A DNA stretch of 64,000 nt from Sulfurivirga sp. (GTDB taxonomy: Bacteria; Pseudomonadota; Gammaproteobacteria; Thiomicrospirales; Thiomicrospiraceae): contig NZ_WFYD01000062.1 in assembly GCF_015490265.1 (NCBI RefSeq), forward strand, positions 3,748 to 67,747. Reading direction: 5' to 3'. Position numbers and translations under genes: made by a program. The notes under the pieces are model-generated. The model was given only the letters and a program-made list of their open reading frames with translations. It had not been told where the DNA came from and made no database searches. Numbering within the stretch: the first letter of the stretch is position 1; every line of letters begins with the position of its first letter. Below, in pieces: positions 34,255-44,594 of this stretch.

Positions 34255-34825
34255 GCTTGCGGTAGATGAGAATGGCCAGCGGAATGGCGGTGGCGAACAC
34301 GCCAGCGGCGAACAGCAGGCTGGAGACCGCCGTCTGCGAGATGCCGCTGATCATGTGGCCGGAGGTGCAGCCGCCGGCCAGACGGGCGCCGTAGAGGGTC
34401 AGCACGCCGCCGACGAACGCCATGGCGTAGCGCAGCAGCGGCCGGTCGCCGAAATAGCGGCGGAAGCCTTCCGGCGCCATCTTGTCCTTGCCTTCCGGCT
34501 TCGGGCCGCCGGTGAGCACGGAGAGGAAGGCGCCGCCGATCATGGCCAGCACGAAGATGAAGCCGTAGTTGACCGGATTGTCAGCCGCCTTCGCATAGGC
34601 GCCGTGGGATTTGTTGATGTAGGGGTTGGGGGAGTGATAGACCTGCCTGCCGTTCTTCTCCTCGACGGTGTAGATGTCGGGATCAATAGCCTTCCAGATC
34701 ATGGTGTCGAGCACGGCGAACTGGGTGGAGACGCCGATGGGCTTGACCAGCAGGAAGGCGGCGATGGCCACGGCGGCCATGGCCAGCCCCCCCTTGAGCC
34801 AGTTCCATTCACCTTTTGGATACAT
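34241..34825 (-). CDS. YeeE/YedE-family sulfur-compound transporter half (DUF395)
   Basis: ARLAGGCTSGHMISGISQ is the conserved Cys motif of YeeE/YedE transporters. Confidence 0.8.
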   Translation of the reverse strand: MYPKGEWNWLKGGLAMAAVAIAAFLLVKPIGVSTQFAVLDTMIWKAIDPDIYTVEEKNGRQVYHSPNPYINKSHGAYAKAADNPVNYGFIFVLAMIGGAFLSVLTGGPKPEGKDKMAPEGFRRYFGDRPLLRYAMAFVGGVLTLYGARLAGGCTSGHMISGISQTAVSSLLFAAGVFATAIPLAILIYRKRGGQ

Positions 34826-34927
34826 GACGGTTCCTCCGTTTGCAGGGGGTTGGATTTTCAGGGCCGAAAAAATTCTAACATGCTGAAGATAAGAGAATAA
34901 TAATCACTTTATGGGGAGGAATAAGTC

Positions 34928-35107
34928 ATGCTGATCATCATCCGCTTCTGGCTGTTTGTCATCGCCATGACGGCGCTGAGCTTTCTGGTGTTGCGGTTGC
35001 TGGGGCGCACGGTGGCGCTGTTGAAGCTGTTTCTGTTCTGGCTGGCGGTGACACTGGCCTCCGTGGCGGTGCTCTACGGCTTTTCGCTGCTGCTTTCCGG
35101 CGCCTGA
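34928..35107 (+). CDS. small (59 aa) two-TM membrane protein, not in the supplied ORF track (below the length cut-off)
   Basis: The ATG lies after GGGGAGGAATAAGTC. The translation is MLIIIRFWLFVIAMTALSFLVLRLLGRTVALLKLFLFWLAVTLASVAVLYGFSLLLSGA. GC3 is high and a strong terminator follows directly. Confidence 0.5.
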   Translation: MLIIIRFWLFVIAMTALSFLVLRLLGRTVALLKLFLFWLAVTLASVAVLYGFSLLLSGA

Positions 35108-35111
35108 ACGC

Positions 35112-35149
35112 AAAAACCCCCGCAGAACAGCTTTTCTGCGGGGTTTTTC
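35112..35149 (+). terminator. rho-independent terminator
   Basis: The sequence is AAAACCCCCGCAGAA-CAGCTT-TTCTGCGGGGTTTTT. Confidence 0.8.
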
Positions 35150-35300
35150 GTGACATGTCCGGTCGCGTGCTGCGGCCGTCCGGCAAAAATGGGGGAGACC
35201 CCGTCCCGACCCGCCTTTTACGGCATGAGTGTGGGTTTTTCGCGCATTTTTTCGGCGCGTCCGCGCGCCGCTGCGCAAAATCAGGGGAGACCCCATTGGC
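35145..35300 (-). repeat. two dispersed repeat units (reverse orientation)
   Basis: Cores are GCAAAAATGGGGGAGACCCCGT at 35183-35204 and GCAAAATCAGGGGAGACCCCAT at 35275-35296. Each is preceded by a TTTTTCG...GCCG arm. Confidence 0.85.
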
Positions 35301-35405
35301 CAGACGAGCTTTCCGGCCAGAAAGGGGGCGGCGCGGCCTGCTGGTGACCCTGTGCGGCGTGGTGTGCCCCGGTGGTGAAACGGGCAACTCCCGCTTCAGG
35401 GGGCT

Positions 35406-35924
35406 TCAGCGCATGCGTCTGAGCACGTCGTCGCCGTCGATGAAGTGGTGCTTGAGGGCGGCGGCCACATGCACGCCCACCAGCATCAGCAGCAGCCAGG
35501 CCAGCAGCTCATGGCCTTCCTTGAAAAATTCGTGCAGCATTTCGTTCTCGCCGATGAGCATCGGCATGGCTACACCGAAGAACAGGGGCGCCTCGCCCTT
35601 GGTGGTGATGGCCAGATAGCCGAAGGCGGCCACCAGCAGCACGCCCAGATTGAGCGCTATCTTCATCAGGTCGGCCAGCCGGCATTCCCACGGACCCATG
35701 TGGGGCGGATAGACAGGCTGGGTCTGCAGCTTGCTGACGGGAATGCGGATCAGCACCAGCAGCGCCAGCAGGATGCCGAGGCTGGTGTGCAGGCCCAGCT
35801 GTGAGGGATCATCGTCGTCCATGAGGTCGCCAATGACGAACTGCACGAAAAACAGTGCGGCGATGCCCCAGTGCAGCAGTTTGCTGACCAGACCGTAGCG
35901 TTCGGTGGTGTTCCACAGTTGCAT
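35406..35924 (-). CDS. cytochrome b561 family protein (CybB-like)
   Basis: 172 aa with 4 TM helices. Conserved His residues lie in LVSKLLHWGIAALF and HELLAWLLLMLVGVHVAAALKHHF. Confidence 0.8.
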   Translation of the reverse strand: MQLWNTTERYGLVSKLLHWGIAALFFVQFVIGDLMDDDDPSQLGLHTSLGILLALLVLIRIPVSKLQTQPVYPPHMGPWECRLADLMKIALNLGVLLVAAFGYLAITTKGEAPLFFGVAMPMLIGENEMLHEFFKEGHELLAWLLLMLVGVHVAAALKHHFIDGDDVLRRMR

Positions 35925-35945
35925 GGTTGTCGTCTCCTCTGATGG

Positions 35946-36935
35946 TTAAAGGTCGAATTCTTCCCGCAGCCGCTGGAAGCTGTGATAGCGGCTGAAGGCG
36001 ATCTCACCGTCGGCCACGGCGGCCAGCACGGCGCAGCCGGGCTCGTCGGTGTGGGTGCAGTCATTGAAGCGGCAGCCTCGCGCCACCTCGTGAATGTCCG
36101 GGAAGCAGGCTTCCAGCGCCTTGAGGTTTTCCGGCCTCTCCGGGCTGAACAGGCGCACGCCGGGCGAATCGATCAGATCGCCGCCTTCCGGCAGATGATA
36201 CAGCACGCTGTTGGTGGTGGTGTGCCTGCCCAGTCCCGTGGCCTCGGACAGGGCGCCGATGCGGATGTCCAGGTCGGGAATGAGTGCCTTGATCAGCGAC
36301 GACTTGCCGGCGCCGGAAGGACCTACGAACACCACGGTATGCCCTTTGAGCGCGTCGCGCAGGTCGTCCAGGCCGCTGCCATCTACCGCCGAGACGGGCA
36401 GGATGGGCAGCTCCAGCTCGTCATAGGCCAAGAGCGTTTCCGCCAGCGCTTCCCATTCCTCTTCGCTTTCGATCAGGTCGGTCTTGTTGATGATCAGAAG
36501 TGGCTCGAAGCCTTGCTGGCAGCAGGCCACCAGATAGCGGTCGATCATGTCCGGATGCACGCCCGGGTCCAGCGGCGCCACGATGCCGATGCGATCGATG
36601 TTGGCGGCGATCATGCGGTCCTGCCCGCGGAAGCCGGGACGGGCCAGCAGGCTCTCGCGCGGTTCCAGCGCGATGACCACGCCTTCGCCTGGCACGCCGG
36701 TTTCCGTCCACAGCACCCGATCGCCAGCCACCAGCTTGCCCAGGTTCTGGCGGATGGCGCAGTTGTGGTGTTCTCCCTGTTCGTCCTCCACCAGCACCCG
36801 CTTGCCGAAGTTGGTGATGACCACGCCGTTGCAGGCGCTGGCGCGTTCCTCCGGTGTCAGCGCCTCGGCGTTGCGGCGCTTTTCCACCCGGCGCTGCTGC
36901 TGGCGGTTGAGTTTGCGGCGCGTGTGCTTGCCCAT
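35946..36935 (-). CDS. rsgA: ribosome small-subunit-dependent GTPase A
   Basis: It has a circularly permuted GTPase (NKTDL...GPSGAGKSSL) and the C-terminal zinc motif CRFNDCTHTDEPGCAV. Confidence 0.92.
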   Translation of the reverse strand: MGKHTRRKLNRQQQRRVEKRRNAEALTPEERASACNGVVITNFGKRVLVEDEQGEHHNCAIRQNLGKLVAGDRVLWTETGVPGEGVVIALEPRESLLARPGFRGQDRMIAANIDRIGIVAPLDPGVHPDMIDRYLVACCQQGFEPLLIINKTDLIESEEEWEALAETLLAYDELELPILPVSAVDGSGLDDLRDALKGHTVVFVGPSGAGKSSLIKALIPDLDIRIGALSEATGLGRHTTTNSVLYHLPEGGDLIDSPGVRLFSPERPENLKALEACFPDIHEVARGCRFNDCTHTDEPGCAVLAAVADGEIAFSRYHSFQRLREEFDL

Positions 36936-36940
36936 GGGTT

Positions 36941-38368
36941 TCAGGTCCCGCAGAAAGTCTGTGTGATGCGCTCATGGGGCTTTGGCGGCGCCATGAACGG
37001 TCGTGTGGACGCATTGTCGCAGAAAGGCTGTCGCACTGCATCCAGCAGGGTGTGCAGCGGGGCAAGATCGCCCGCCTCCGCCGCATCCAGCGCTCGCTGC
37101 ACCTGATGGTTGCGGGGAATCACCGCGGGGTTGGCCTTGTCCATGTCTGCGGCGGCCTGCTCGGGCGGCCGTGCCAGCTGGGTGCGCCAGCGTCGCAGCC
37201 ACGCCTGCCAGCGGGCGTCGTCCGGCAGGCCGTGAGAGGGATCGCCCCGCAGCCAGGCCGCCAGCCGGCGGAAGGTGAGGGTGTAGTCCTGTTCCGTTTC
37301 CGCCATCAGTGTCAGCAGGTCGTAGATGAGCGCGCGGTCCGGTTCGGGCAGGGCCAGCTTATCCGCCATGCCCGCCAGCCAGTGCTTTTCCAGTTGCGGG
37401 CCGAAGCTTTCCAGCGCCGTCTGCGCCAGCGTGCGCGCACGGTCGGCGTCCGTATCCAGCAGCGGCAGCAGGGTTTCGGCCAGACGGGTCAGGTTCCACG
37501 CTCCCATGGTGGGCTGGTTGGCGAAGGCGTAGCGTCCGCCGGTGTCGATGCTGCTGAACACCGTGTCCGGATGATAGGTGTCCATGAAGGCGCAGGGGCC
37601 GTAGTCGATGGTCTCACCGGCGATGCTCATGTTGTCCGTGTTCATCACCCCGTGGATGAAACCCACCTGCAGCCAGCGGCTGATCAGCCCGGCCTGCCGG
37701 GCAATGACGCTTTCCAGCAGCGCCAGATAGGGGGTGTCCGCTTCCCGGCAGGCGGGATAGTGGCGGTCGATGGCGTAGTCGGCCAGGGCACGCACCGTAT
37801 CAGCGCTCAGGCGGGCCGCCAGCTCGAAAGTGCCCACGCGGATGTGGCTGGCCGCCACCCGTGTCAGCACGGCGCCGGGCAGGGGGCGCTCCCGCCATAC
37901 CGTTTCACCTGTGGCGACCACCGCCAGCGAGCGGGTGGTAGGAATGCCCAGCGCGTGCATCGCCTCGCTGATGACATATTCCCGCAGCATGGGGCCAAGC
38001 GCCGCGCGCCCGTCGCCTTGGCGGGAGAAGGGCGTGCGTCCGCTGCCCTTGAACTGAATGTCCCACAGACGGCCGTCAGGGTCGCGCCACTCGCCCAGCA
38101 CCACGGCGCGGCCGTCGCCCAGCAGGTTGAAGTGGCCGAACTGATGGCCCGCATAGGCCTGCGCGAAGGGGCGGGCGCCCGGTGGCAGGCGGTTGCCGGA
38201 AAAGACTTCGGCCCTGTCGATGTCGGCCAGCCACGGGGTCAGGCCCAGCGCATCGGCGAGCCGGTCATTGAAGAGCATCAGGTGCGGGGCACGCACCGGC
38301 ACCGGGTCGATGCGTACCCACAGCGGTTGTGGCAGGGTGGTGTAGCCGTATTCCAGCGGCCAGTTCAT
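36941..38368 (-). CDS. selO: protein adenylyltransferase SelO (YdiU/UPF0061)
   Basis: AQAYAGHQFGHFNLLGDGRAVVLGE and GFIHGVMNTDNMSIAGETIDYGPCAFMD are present. Confidence 0.9.
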   Translation of the reverse strand: MNWPLEYGYTTLPQPLWVRIDPVPVRAPHLMLFNDRLADALGLTPWLADIDRAEVFSGNRLPPGARPFAQAYAGHQFGHFNLLGDGRAVVLGEWRDPDGRLWDIQFKGSGRTPFSRQGDGRAALGPMLREYVISEAMHALGIPTTRSLAVVATGETVWRERPLPGAVLTRVAASHIRVGTFELAARLSADTVRALADYAIDRHYPACREADTPYLALLESVIARQAGLISRWLQVGFIHGVMNTDNMSIAGETIDYGPCAFMDTYHPDTVFSSIDTGGRYAFANQPTMGAWNLTRLAETLLPLLDTDADRARTLAQTALESFGPQLEKHWLAGMADKLALPEPDRALIYDLLTLMAETEQDYTLTFRRLAAWLRGDPSHGLPDDARWQAWLRRWRTQLARPPEQAAADMDKANPAVIPRNHQVQRALDAAEAGDLAPLHTLLDAVRQPFCDNASTRPFMAPPKPHERITQTFCGT

Positions 38369-38721
38369 TCAGCCAGCAGCTGGTCGATCTTGGCGGCCAG
38401 AATCAGGTCGTTGAGGGTGATGCCCTTGGCGGCATGGGTGGTGAGGGTGATGCGCGCCTCGTTGTAGCCGAAGCAGATTTCCGGATGGTGATCCTCTCGG
38501 TGCGCCAGCCACGCCACGGCGTTGATGAAGGCCATGACCTGATAGTAGTTCTTGAAGGAGAAGGTCTTGCTGATCGTCTTGTAGTCCAGACTCACCTCCC
38601 ACCCTGGCAGCTGGGACAGATAGCTCTCGATGGTGGGGATGATCAGCGGCTTGCTGCCCTTGGGAATGTACTCGCAGCGTTCTTCCAGCAGGATCTTGAT
38701 CGGTTCTGCGGTGTCAGTCAT
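38365..38721 (-). CDS. phhB: pterin-4-alpha-carbinolamine dehydratase
   Basis: AFINAVAWLAHREDHHPEICFGYNEARITLTTH is present. The stop overlaps the selO start (ATGA). Confidence 0.88.
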   Translation of the reverse strand: MTDTAEPIKILLEERCEYIPKGSKPLIIPTIESYLSQLPGWEVSLDYKTISKTFSFKNYYQVMAFINAVAWLAHREDHHPEICFGYNEARITLTTHAAKGITLNDLILAAKIDQLLAE

Positions 38722-39964
38722 GTTTCAGGCCCTCCAGATGTTGAATGCGTATCGGCGCCGGCGGATGGCTGTCATGCCAGGCGGAATACCACGGGTCCGG
38801 CGTCAGGGTGGCGGCGTTGTCCCGATAGAGCTTGAGCAGGGCGCGGATCATGGGATCGGCACCCACGGTTTCCACCGCGAAGGCGTCCGCCTCGAACTCA
38901 TGTCTGCGGCTGAGCCACGCCATCAGCGGGCCCAGCCAGAAGAAGAACACGGGCACGGCGGTGACAAACAGCAGCAGCGCCATGCCCGGCGTCTGGTATT
39001 CGGTGCCGAGACCGGTGTAGAACTCGGGTCGCTGCATCAGGGTGTTGAGCAGCCAGAAACCGGCCAGGCTGATCAGCCCAGACAGCAGCAGGCGCTTTTT
39101 CACATGCCCGTGTCTGAAATGGCCCAGCTCGTGGGCCAGGACGGCTTCGATCTCCTCCGGTGCCAGTTTTTCCAGCAGGGTGTCGAAGAAGACGATGCGC
39201 TTGTGCCGACCCGTGCCGGTGAAATAGGCATTGCCATGACTGGAGCGGCGCGAGCCGTCCATGACGAAGATGCCGTCCGAGGCAAAGCCGGTCTTCTCCA
39301 GCAGCGTCTCGATGCGCTGGCGCAGCGAGGCATCCTCAAGCGGGGTGAATGTGTTGAACAGCGGTGCGATCCACCTGGGGAAGGCCCACAGCAGGGCGAA
39401 TTGCACGCCCATCCACAGCAGCCAGGCCCACAGCCACCACTGGGCATCCATCAGCCGGGCCATCAGCCACAGCAGCGCATAGACCAGCGGCACGCCCAGT
39501 ACCGCCCCCAGCAGCCAGCCCTTGATCAGGTCGATGACGAACTGCTTTGGCGTGGTGCGGTTGAAGCCGAATTCCGCCTCCACCCTGAAGGTGCGCAGAA
39601 TCTGAAACGGCAGGTGCAGCAGGCTCAGGAACCACAGGGTGCCGAGCACGAACAGGGTGTCCCGCCACAGCGGCGGCAGATCCACCTGCTGCCAGGCGGC
39701 GTAGAGGTCGTTGAAGCCGCCGCCCAGAGTCATCACATACAGCAGTGCCGTGTCGAAGAAGAGCCGGTAGCGTTCCAGCTGCAGCCGGGCACGGGTGTAG
39801 TCGGCCGCCTTCTGATGGTCTGCAAGGCTGACGGTGTCGGCAAAGGCCGGCGGCACCCTGTCGCGGTTGAGGGCCACCGCCAGCAGCTGGCGGATGTTGA
39901 GCAGCAGTTCGATGGCCAGCTGGGCCGCCAGCGCGGTGACGAAAAGGGTGGAGATCCAGTTCAT
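38714..39964 (-). CDS. M48-family zinc metalloprotease (Ste24/CAAX-protease-like, membrane)
   Basis: The HEXXH motif lies in [13 protein letters not shown], and the N-terminal half has multiple TM helices. It overlaps the phhB start by 8 nt. Confidence 0.85.
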   Translation of the reverse strand: MNWISTLFVTALAAQLAIELLLNIRQLLAVALNRDRVPPAFADTVSLADHQKAADYTRARLQLERYRLFFDTALLYVMTLGGGFNDLYAAWQQVDLPPLWRDTLFVLGTLWFLSLLHLPFQILRTFRVEAEFGFNRTTPKQFVIDLIKGWLLGAVLGVPLVYALLWLMARLMDAQWWLWAWLLWMGVQFALLWAFPRWIAPLFNTFTPLEDASLRQRIETLLEKTGFASDGIFVMDGSRRSSHGNAYFTGTGRHKRIVFFDTLLEKLAPEEIEAVLAHELGHFRHGHVKKRLLLSGLISLAGFWLLNTLMQRPEFYTGLGTEYQTPGMALLLFVTAVPVFFFWLGPLMAWLSRRHEFEADAFAVETVGADPMIRALLKLYRDNAATLTPDPWYSAWHDSHPPAPIRIQHLEGLKHD

Positions 39965-40017
39965 TTCGGTGTTCGCCTGTTGCGATAATAGGCAGGTTAT
40001 TTTACGGGAGCGCGACC

Positions 40018-40587
40018 ATGGACAAGGACAACAATCTCATCTGGATCGATCTGGAGATGACCGGGCTGGACCCGCAGCGGGACACCATCATCGAGATCGC
40101 CACTCTGGTAACCGACAGCGAACTGAATGTGCTGGCCGAAGGGCCGGTGCTGGCTGTCGCCACCGACGAGGCGGTGCTGGCGGCCATGGACGACTGGAAC
40201 AGGACGCATCACGGCGCCTCCGGCCTGCTGGATCGCATCCGCAGCGAGGGGGTGCCCATGGAGGAGGCGGAGCGGGCCACGCTGGACTTTCTCAGCCAGT
40301 GGGTGAACCCGGGCAAATCCCCCATGTGCGGCAACAGCATTTGTCAGGACCGCCGCTTCCTCGCCCGCCAGATGCCAGAGCTGGAGGCCTTCTTCCACTA
40401 CCGCAATCTGGATGTGAGCACCCTCAAGGAGCTGGCCCGCCGCTGGGCGCCCGCCGTGCTGGACAGCGCCGGGGACTGCAAGCGCGACATCCATCTGGCG
40501 CTGGAGGACATCAAGGATTCCATCTGTGAACTGCGTCACTATCGCCGCCACCTGTTTGCGCCGGAATATCGCGGTGCGGGTGAGTGA
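40018..40587 (+). CDS. orn: oligoribonuclease
   Basis: [28 protein letters not shown] and [12 protein letters not shown] are present. Confidence 0.95.
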   Translation: MDKDNNLIWIDLEMTGLDPQRDTIIEIATLVTDSELNVLAEGPVLAVATDEAVLAAMDDWNRTHHGASGLLDRIRSEGVPMEEAERATLDFLSQWVNPGKSPMCGNSICQDRRFLARQMPELEAFFHYRNLDVSTLKELARRWAPAVLDSAGDCKRDIHLALEDIKDSICELRHYRRHLFAPEYRGAGE

Positions 40588-40592
40588 TAGAT

Positions 40593-40601
40593 TGTTATAA
40601 T
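40593..40601 (+). promoter_or_regulatory. candidate extended -10 promoter element upstream of ilvI
   Basis: TGT-TATAAT lies in an AT-rich 60-nt gap. No good -35 element is present. Confidence 0.3.
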
Positions 40602-40647
40602 ATTTCGTTCTTTTCCATTTTTAACCAACACTTTGGAGGACGAAGTT

Positions 40648-42354
40648 GTGGAATTGACAGGGGCCCAGATCGTCATCAAGTTTCTTGAAGACGAGGGCGT
40701 AGAGCACATCTGGGGGTATCCGGGCGGCGCCGTGCTGCCCATCTACGATGCCCTGGACACGGACGCCGAAAAGCTCCAGCACATTCTGGTGCGTCACGAG
40801 CAGGCGGCCGTGCACGCAGCAGACGGCTACGCGCGCTCTACAGGCAAGCCCGGTGTGGTCCTGGTCACCTCTGGTCCCGGCGCAACCAACGCCGTGACCG
40901 GCATCGCCACCGCCTACATGGACTCCATTCCCCTGGTTGTGCTCACCGGTCAGGTGCCCACGGGCATGATCGGTCTGGACGCCTTTCAGGAGGTGGATAC
41001 GGTTGGCGTGACCCGGCCCATCGTCAAACACAACTTCTTGGTCAAGGATGTCAACGACCTGGCGATGACGCTCAAAAAGGCGTTCCACATCGCCACCACG
41101 GGCCGACCGGGTCCGGTGGTCGTGGACATTCCGAAGGATGTGCAGACCGCCACAAGCGACTACGAATATCCCCAGGAAGTGAAACTGCGCTCCTACCAGC
41201 CGGTGACCAAGGGGCACAGCGGCCAGATCCGCCGTGCCGTGGACATGATGCTGGAGGCGGAGCGCCCCATCTTCTACGTGGGCGGCGGCGTGGTGCTGGA
41301 CGACGCCTCCGAGCAGCTGACGGCGCTGGCGCGCAAGCTGGGCTACCCGGTCACCACCACGCTGATGGCGCTGGGCGCCTATCCGGCGTCCGACCGGCAG
41401 TGGCTCGGCATGCTGGGCATGCACGGCACCTATGAGGCCAACCTGGCCATGCACCATGCCGACACGCTGATCGCCATCGGCGCGCGCTTCGACGACCGGG
41501 TCACCGGCAACATCGAGCGTTTCTGCCCCAATGCGAAGATCATTCACGTGGACATCGATCCTGCGTCCATCTCCAAGAACGTGCAGGTGGACATTCCCAT
41601 CGTGGGGTCGGTCAGAAGCGTACTGGAGGACATGAACCACCTGCTGGACCGCCAGCTGGAGAAGGGGGTTGCGCCGGACGAGGAAAAGCTGAAGGCCTGG
41701 TGGGATCAGATCGAACAGTGGCGCGCGGTGGACTGCCTCAAATACGGCCCGTCCGTCGGCCAGATCAAGCCGCAGGCGGCGGTGGAGGCCGTGTGGAAGG
41801 TGACCAACGGCGACGCCTTCGTCACCTCGGATGTGGGCCAGCACCAGATGTACGCGGCGCAGTACTATCGCTTCGACAAGCCGCGCCGCTGGATCAACTC
41901 CGGCGGTCTGGGCACCATGGGCTTCGGTCTGCCCGCGGCCATGGGCGTGGCGCTGGCGCATCCGGACGAGACGGTGGTGTGCATCACCGGCGAGGGCTCC
42001 ATCCAGATGAACATTCAGGAGCTGTCCACCTGCCTGCAGTACGGCTTCCCGGTGAAGATCGTCAACCTGAACAACGGCTTCCTCGGCATGGTCCGCCAGT
42101 GGCAGGAGCTGTTCTACGAGCGGCGCTACTCCATGTCCTACATGGACTCCCTGCCGGACTTCGTGGCGCTGGCGGAGGCCTACGGCCACGTGGGCGTGCG
42201 CATCGAGAAGCCGGAGGAGCTGGAGTCGAAGCTGGCGGAGGCCTTTGCCATGAAGGACCGGCTGGTGTTCATCGACATTCAGGTGGAGAAGGCGGAGAAC
42301 GTCTATCCCATGATCCCGGCCGGTGCGGGCCAGGACGAGATGATTCTGGTGTGA
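40648..42354 (+). CDS. ilvI: acetolactate synthase large (catalytic) subunit
   Basis: [34 protein letters not shown] and the ThDP motif [14 protein letters not shown]...[12 protein letters not shown] are present. A GTG at 40648 lies 7 nt after GGAGGA. The track start, a TTG at 40633, is less likely. Confidence 0.93.
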   Translation: MELTGAQIVIKFLEDEGVEHIWGYPGGAVLPIYDALDTDAEKLQHILVRHEQAAVHAADGYARSTGKPGVVLVTSGPGATNAVTGIATAYMDSIPLVVLTGQVPTGMIGLDAFQEVDTVGVTRPIVKHNFLVKDVNDLAMTLKKAFHIATTGRPGPVVVDIPKDVQTATSDYEYPQEVKLRSYQPVTKGHSGQIRRAVDMMLEAERPIFYVGGGVVLDDASEQLTALARKLGYPVTTTLMALGAYPASDRQWLGMLGMHGTYEANLAMHHADTLIAIGARFDDRVTGNIERFCPNAKIIHVDIDPASISKNVQVDIPIVGSVRSVLEDMNHLLDRQLEKGVAPDEEKLKAWWDQIEQWRAVDCLKYGPSVGQIKPQAAVEAVWKVTNGDAFVTSDVGQHQMYAAQYYRFDKPRRWINSGGLGTMGFGLPAAMGVALAHPDETVVCITGEGSIQMNIQELSTCLQYGFPVKIVNLNNGFLGMVRQWQELFYERRYSMSYMDSLPDFVALAEAYGHVGVRIEKPEELESKLAEAFAMKDRLVFIDIQVEKAENVYPMIPAGAGQDEMILV

Positions 42355-42367
42355 GGAGGGCGTCCGC

Positions 42368-42859
42368 ATGAAGCATGTCATTTCAATTCTGCTGGAAAAC
42401 GAAGCCGGCGCCCTGTCCCGGGTGGCCGGGCTGTTCTCCGCGCGCGGCTACAACATTCAGGCGCTGACCGTGGCGCCCACCGAAGACCCGACCCTGTCGC
42501 GCATGACGCTGACCACCATCGGCAACGCGCGGCAGATCGAGCAGATTATCAAGCAGCTCAACAAGCTGATCGATGTGGTCAAGGTGGTGGACCTGACCGA
42601 GGGCGCCCACTACACGGTGGAGGTGATGCTGGTCAAGTTGCGTGCCGTGGGGCCGCAGCGGGAGGAGTTCAAGCGGCTGGCCGACATCTTTGATGCGAAG
42701 ATTGTCGATGTGACGCCGACCACCTACACCCTGCAGCTGCTGGGCGACAGCAGCACGCTGGACCGCCTGCTGGAAAACGTGCATCCCGACTACATTCTGG
42801 AGACGGTGCGCTCCGGCGCGGTGGGCGTGCAGCACGGCGACAAGTTTCTACACGTTTGA
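42368..42859 (+). CDS. ilvH: acetolactate synthase small (regulatory) subunit
   Basis: The ACT domain reads HVISILLENEAGALSRVAGLFSARGYNIQALTVAPTEDPTLSRMT. Confidence 0.93.
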   Translation: MKHVISILLENEAGALSRVAGLFSARGYNIQALTVAPTEDPTLSRMTLTTIGNARQIEQIIKQLNKLIDVVKVVDLTEGAHYTVEVMLVKLRAVGPQREEFKRLADIFDAKIVDVTPTTYTLQLLGDSSTLDRLLENVHPDYILETVRSGAVGVQHGDKFLHV

Positions 42860-43909
<1,050 letters not shown>

Positions 43910-43931
43910 TCCTTTCCGGTTCCCGAGACAG

Positions 43932-43958
43932 AAAACCCGGCCGCGCGCCGGGTTTTTT
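43932..43958. terminator. rho-independent terminator between convergent ilvC and the toxin-antitoxin pair
   Basis: The sequence is AAAACCCGGC-CGCGC-GCCGGGTTTTTT. Confidence 0.8.
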
Positions 43959-43968
43959 CGTTTGAAGG

Positions 43969-44301
43969 TCAGGAGCCTTTCAATGCTTCCAGTGCGGCTT
44001 GTGGGGCCCGGTCCAGCACGCGCAACAGTGCCTGCGCTGCTCCGGTCGGGCTGCGTTTGCCCTGCTCCCAGTTGCGCACGGTTTCCACGGAAACATGGAT
44101 GCAACGCGCAAAGGCCTGCTGGCTGAGGCCCAGCTTGTGGCGAACATGACGGGCGTAGCGGGCTGCATCTTCACGTGCGGCCCGCTCGTCTTCTGCCATC
44201 TGGCGGGCAATATCGATTTCACTGGTGGCGTCCACCCGCTCGGAATCGATGCGCCCTACGGGCTGATGACCTTCAAGTCTGATGCGAACAGTCTTTCCCA
44301 T
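43969..44301 (-). CDS. XRE-type HTH antitoxin partner of the BrnT-like toxin
   Basis: The C-terminal HTH reads LGLSQQAFARCIHVSVETVRNWEQGKRSPTGAAQALLRVL. The ATG at 44301 lies inside the 3' end of the toxin gene (29-nt overlap). Confidence 0.75.
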   Translation of the reverse strand: MGKTVRIRLEGHQPVGRIDSERVDATSEIDIARQMAEDERAAREDAARYARHVRHKLGLSQQAFARCIHVSVETVRNWEQGKRSPTGAAQALLRVLDRAPQAALEALKGS

Positions 44302-44557
44302 ATTTTCGAACCTCCCGTCTGTTGGCTTTGCGGGCTGAGATAATCCGAATGGCCTGACCACGGGGTGTGTAGACCACAACGAACAGGCGTCCTTCGATGC
44401 AGCCATACACCCGAAACCGCTGCTCGCCATATTCGTATCGAGCATCCGGTTCTTCTACACGGTTGGGATCAAAGAAGATGCGGGCTGCGTAAAGGAAGTC
44501 AAAGCCCCGTTCCCGAAAACAGCGTTCGCTTTTTTCCTCGTCCCACTCGAATTCCAT
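44273..44557 (-). CDS. brnT: BrnT-family toxin (DUF497 ribonuclease)
   Basis: MEFEWDEEKSERCFRERGFDF, FFDPNRVEEPDARYEYGEQRF and VVVYTPRGQAIRIISARKANRREVRKY match the DUF497 pattern. Confidence 0.8.
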   Translation of the reverse strand: MEFEWDEEKSERCFRERGFDFLYAARIFFDPNRVEEPDARYEYGEQRFRVYGCIEGRLFVVVYTPRGQAIRIISARKANRREVRKYGKDCSHQT

Positions 44558-44594
44558 GGAGTGAGTATAGCATGTGTAGGCCTCTGAACCATGT

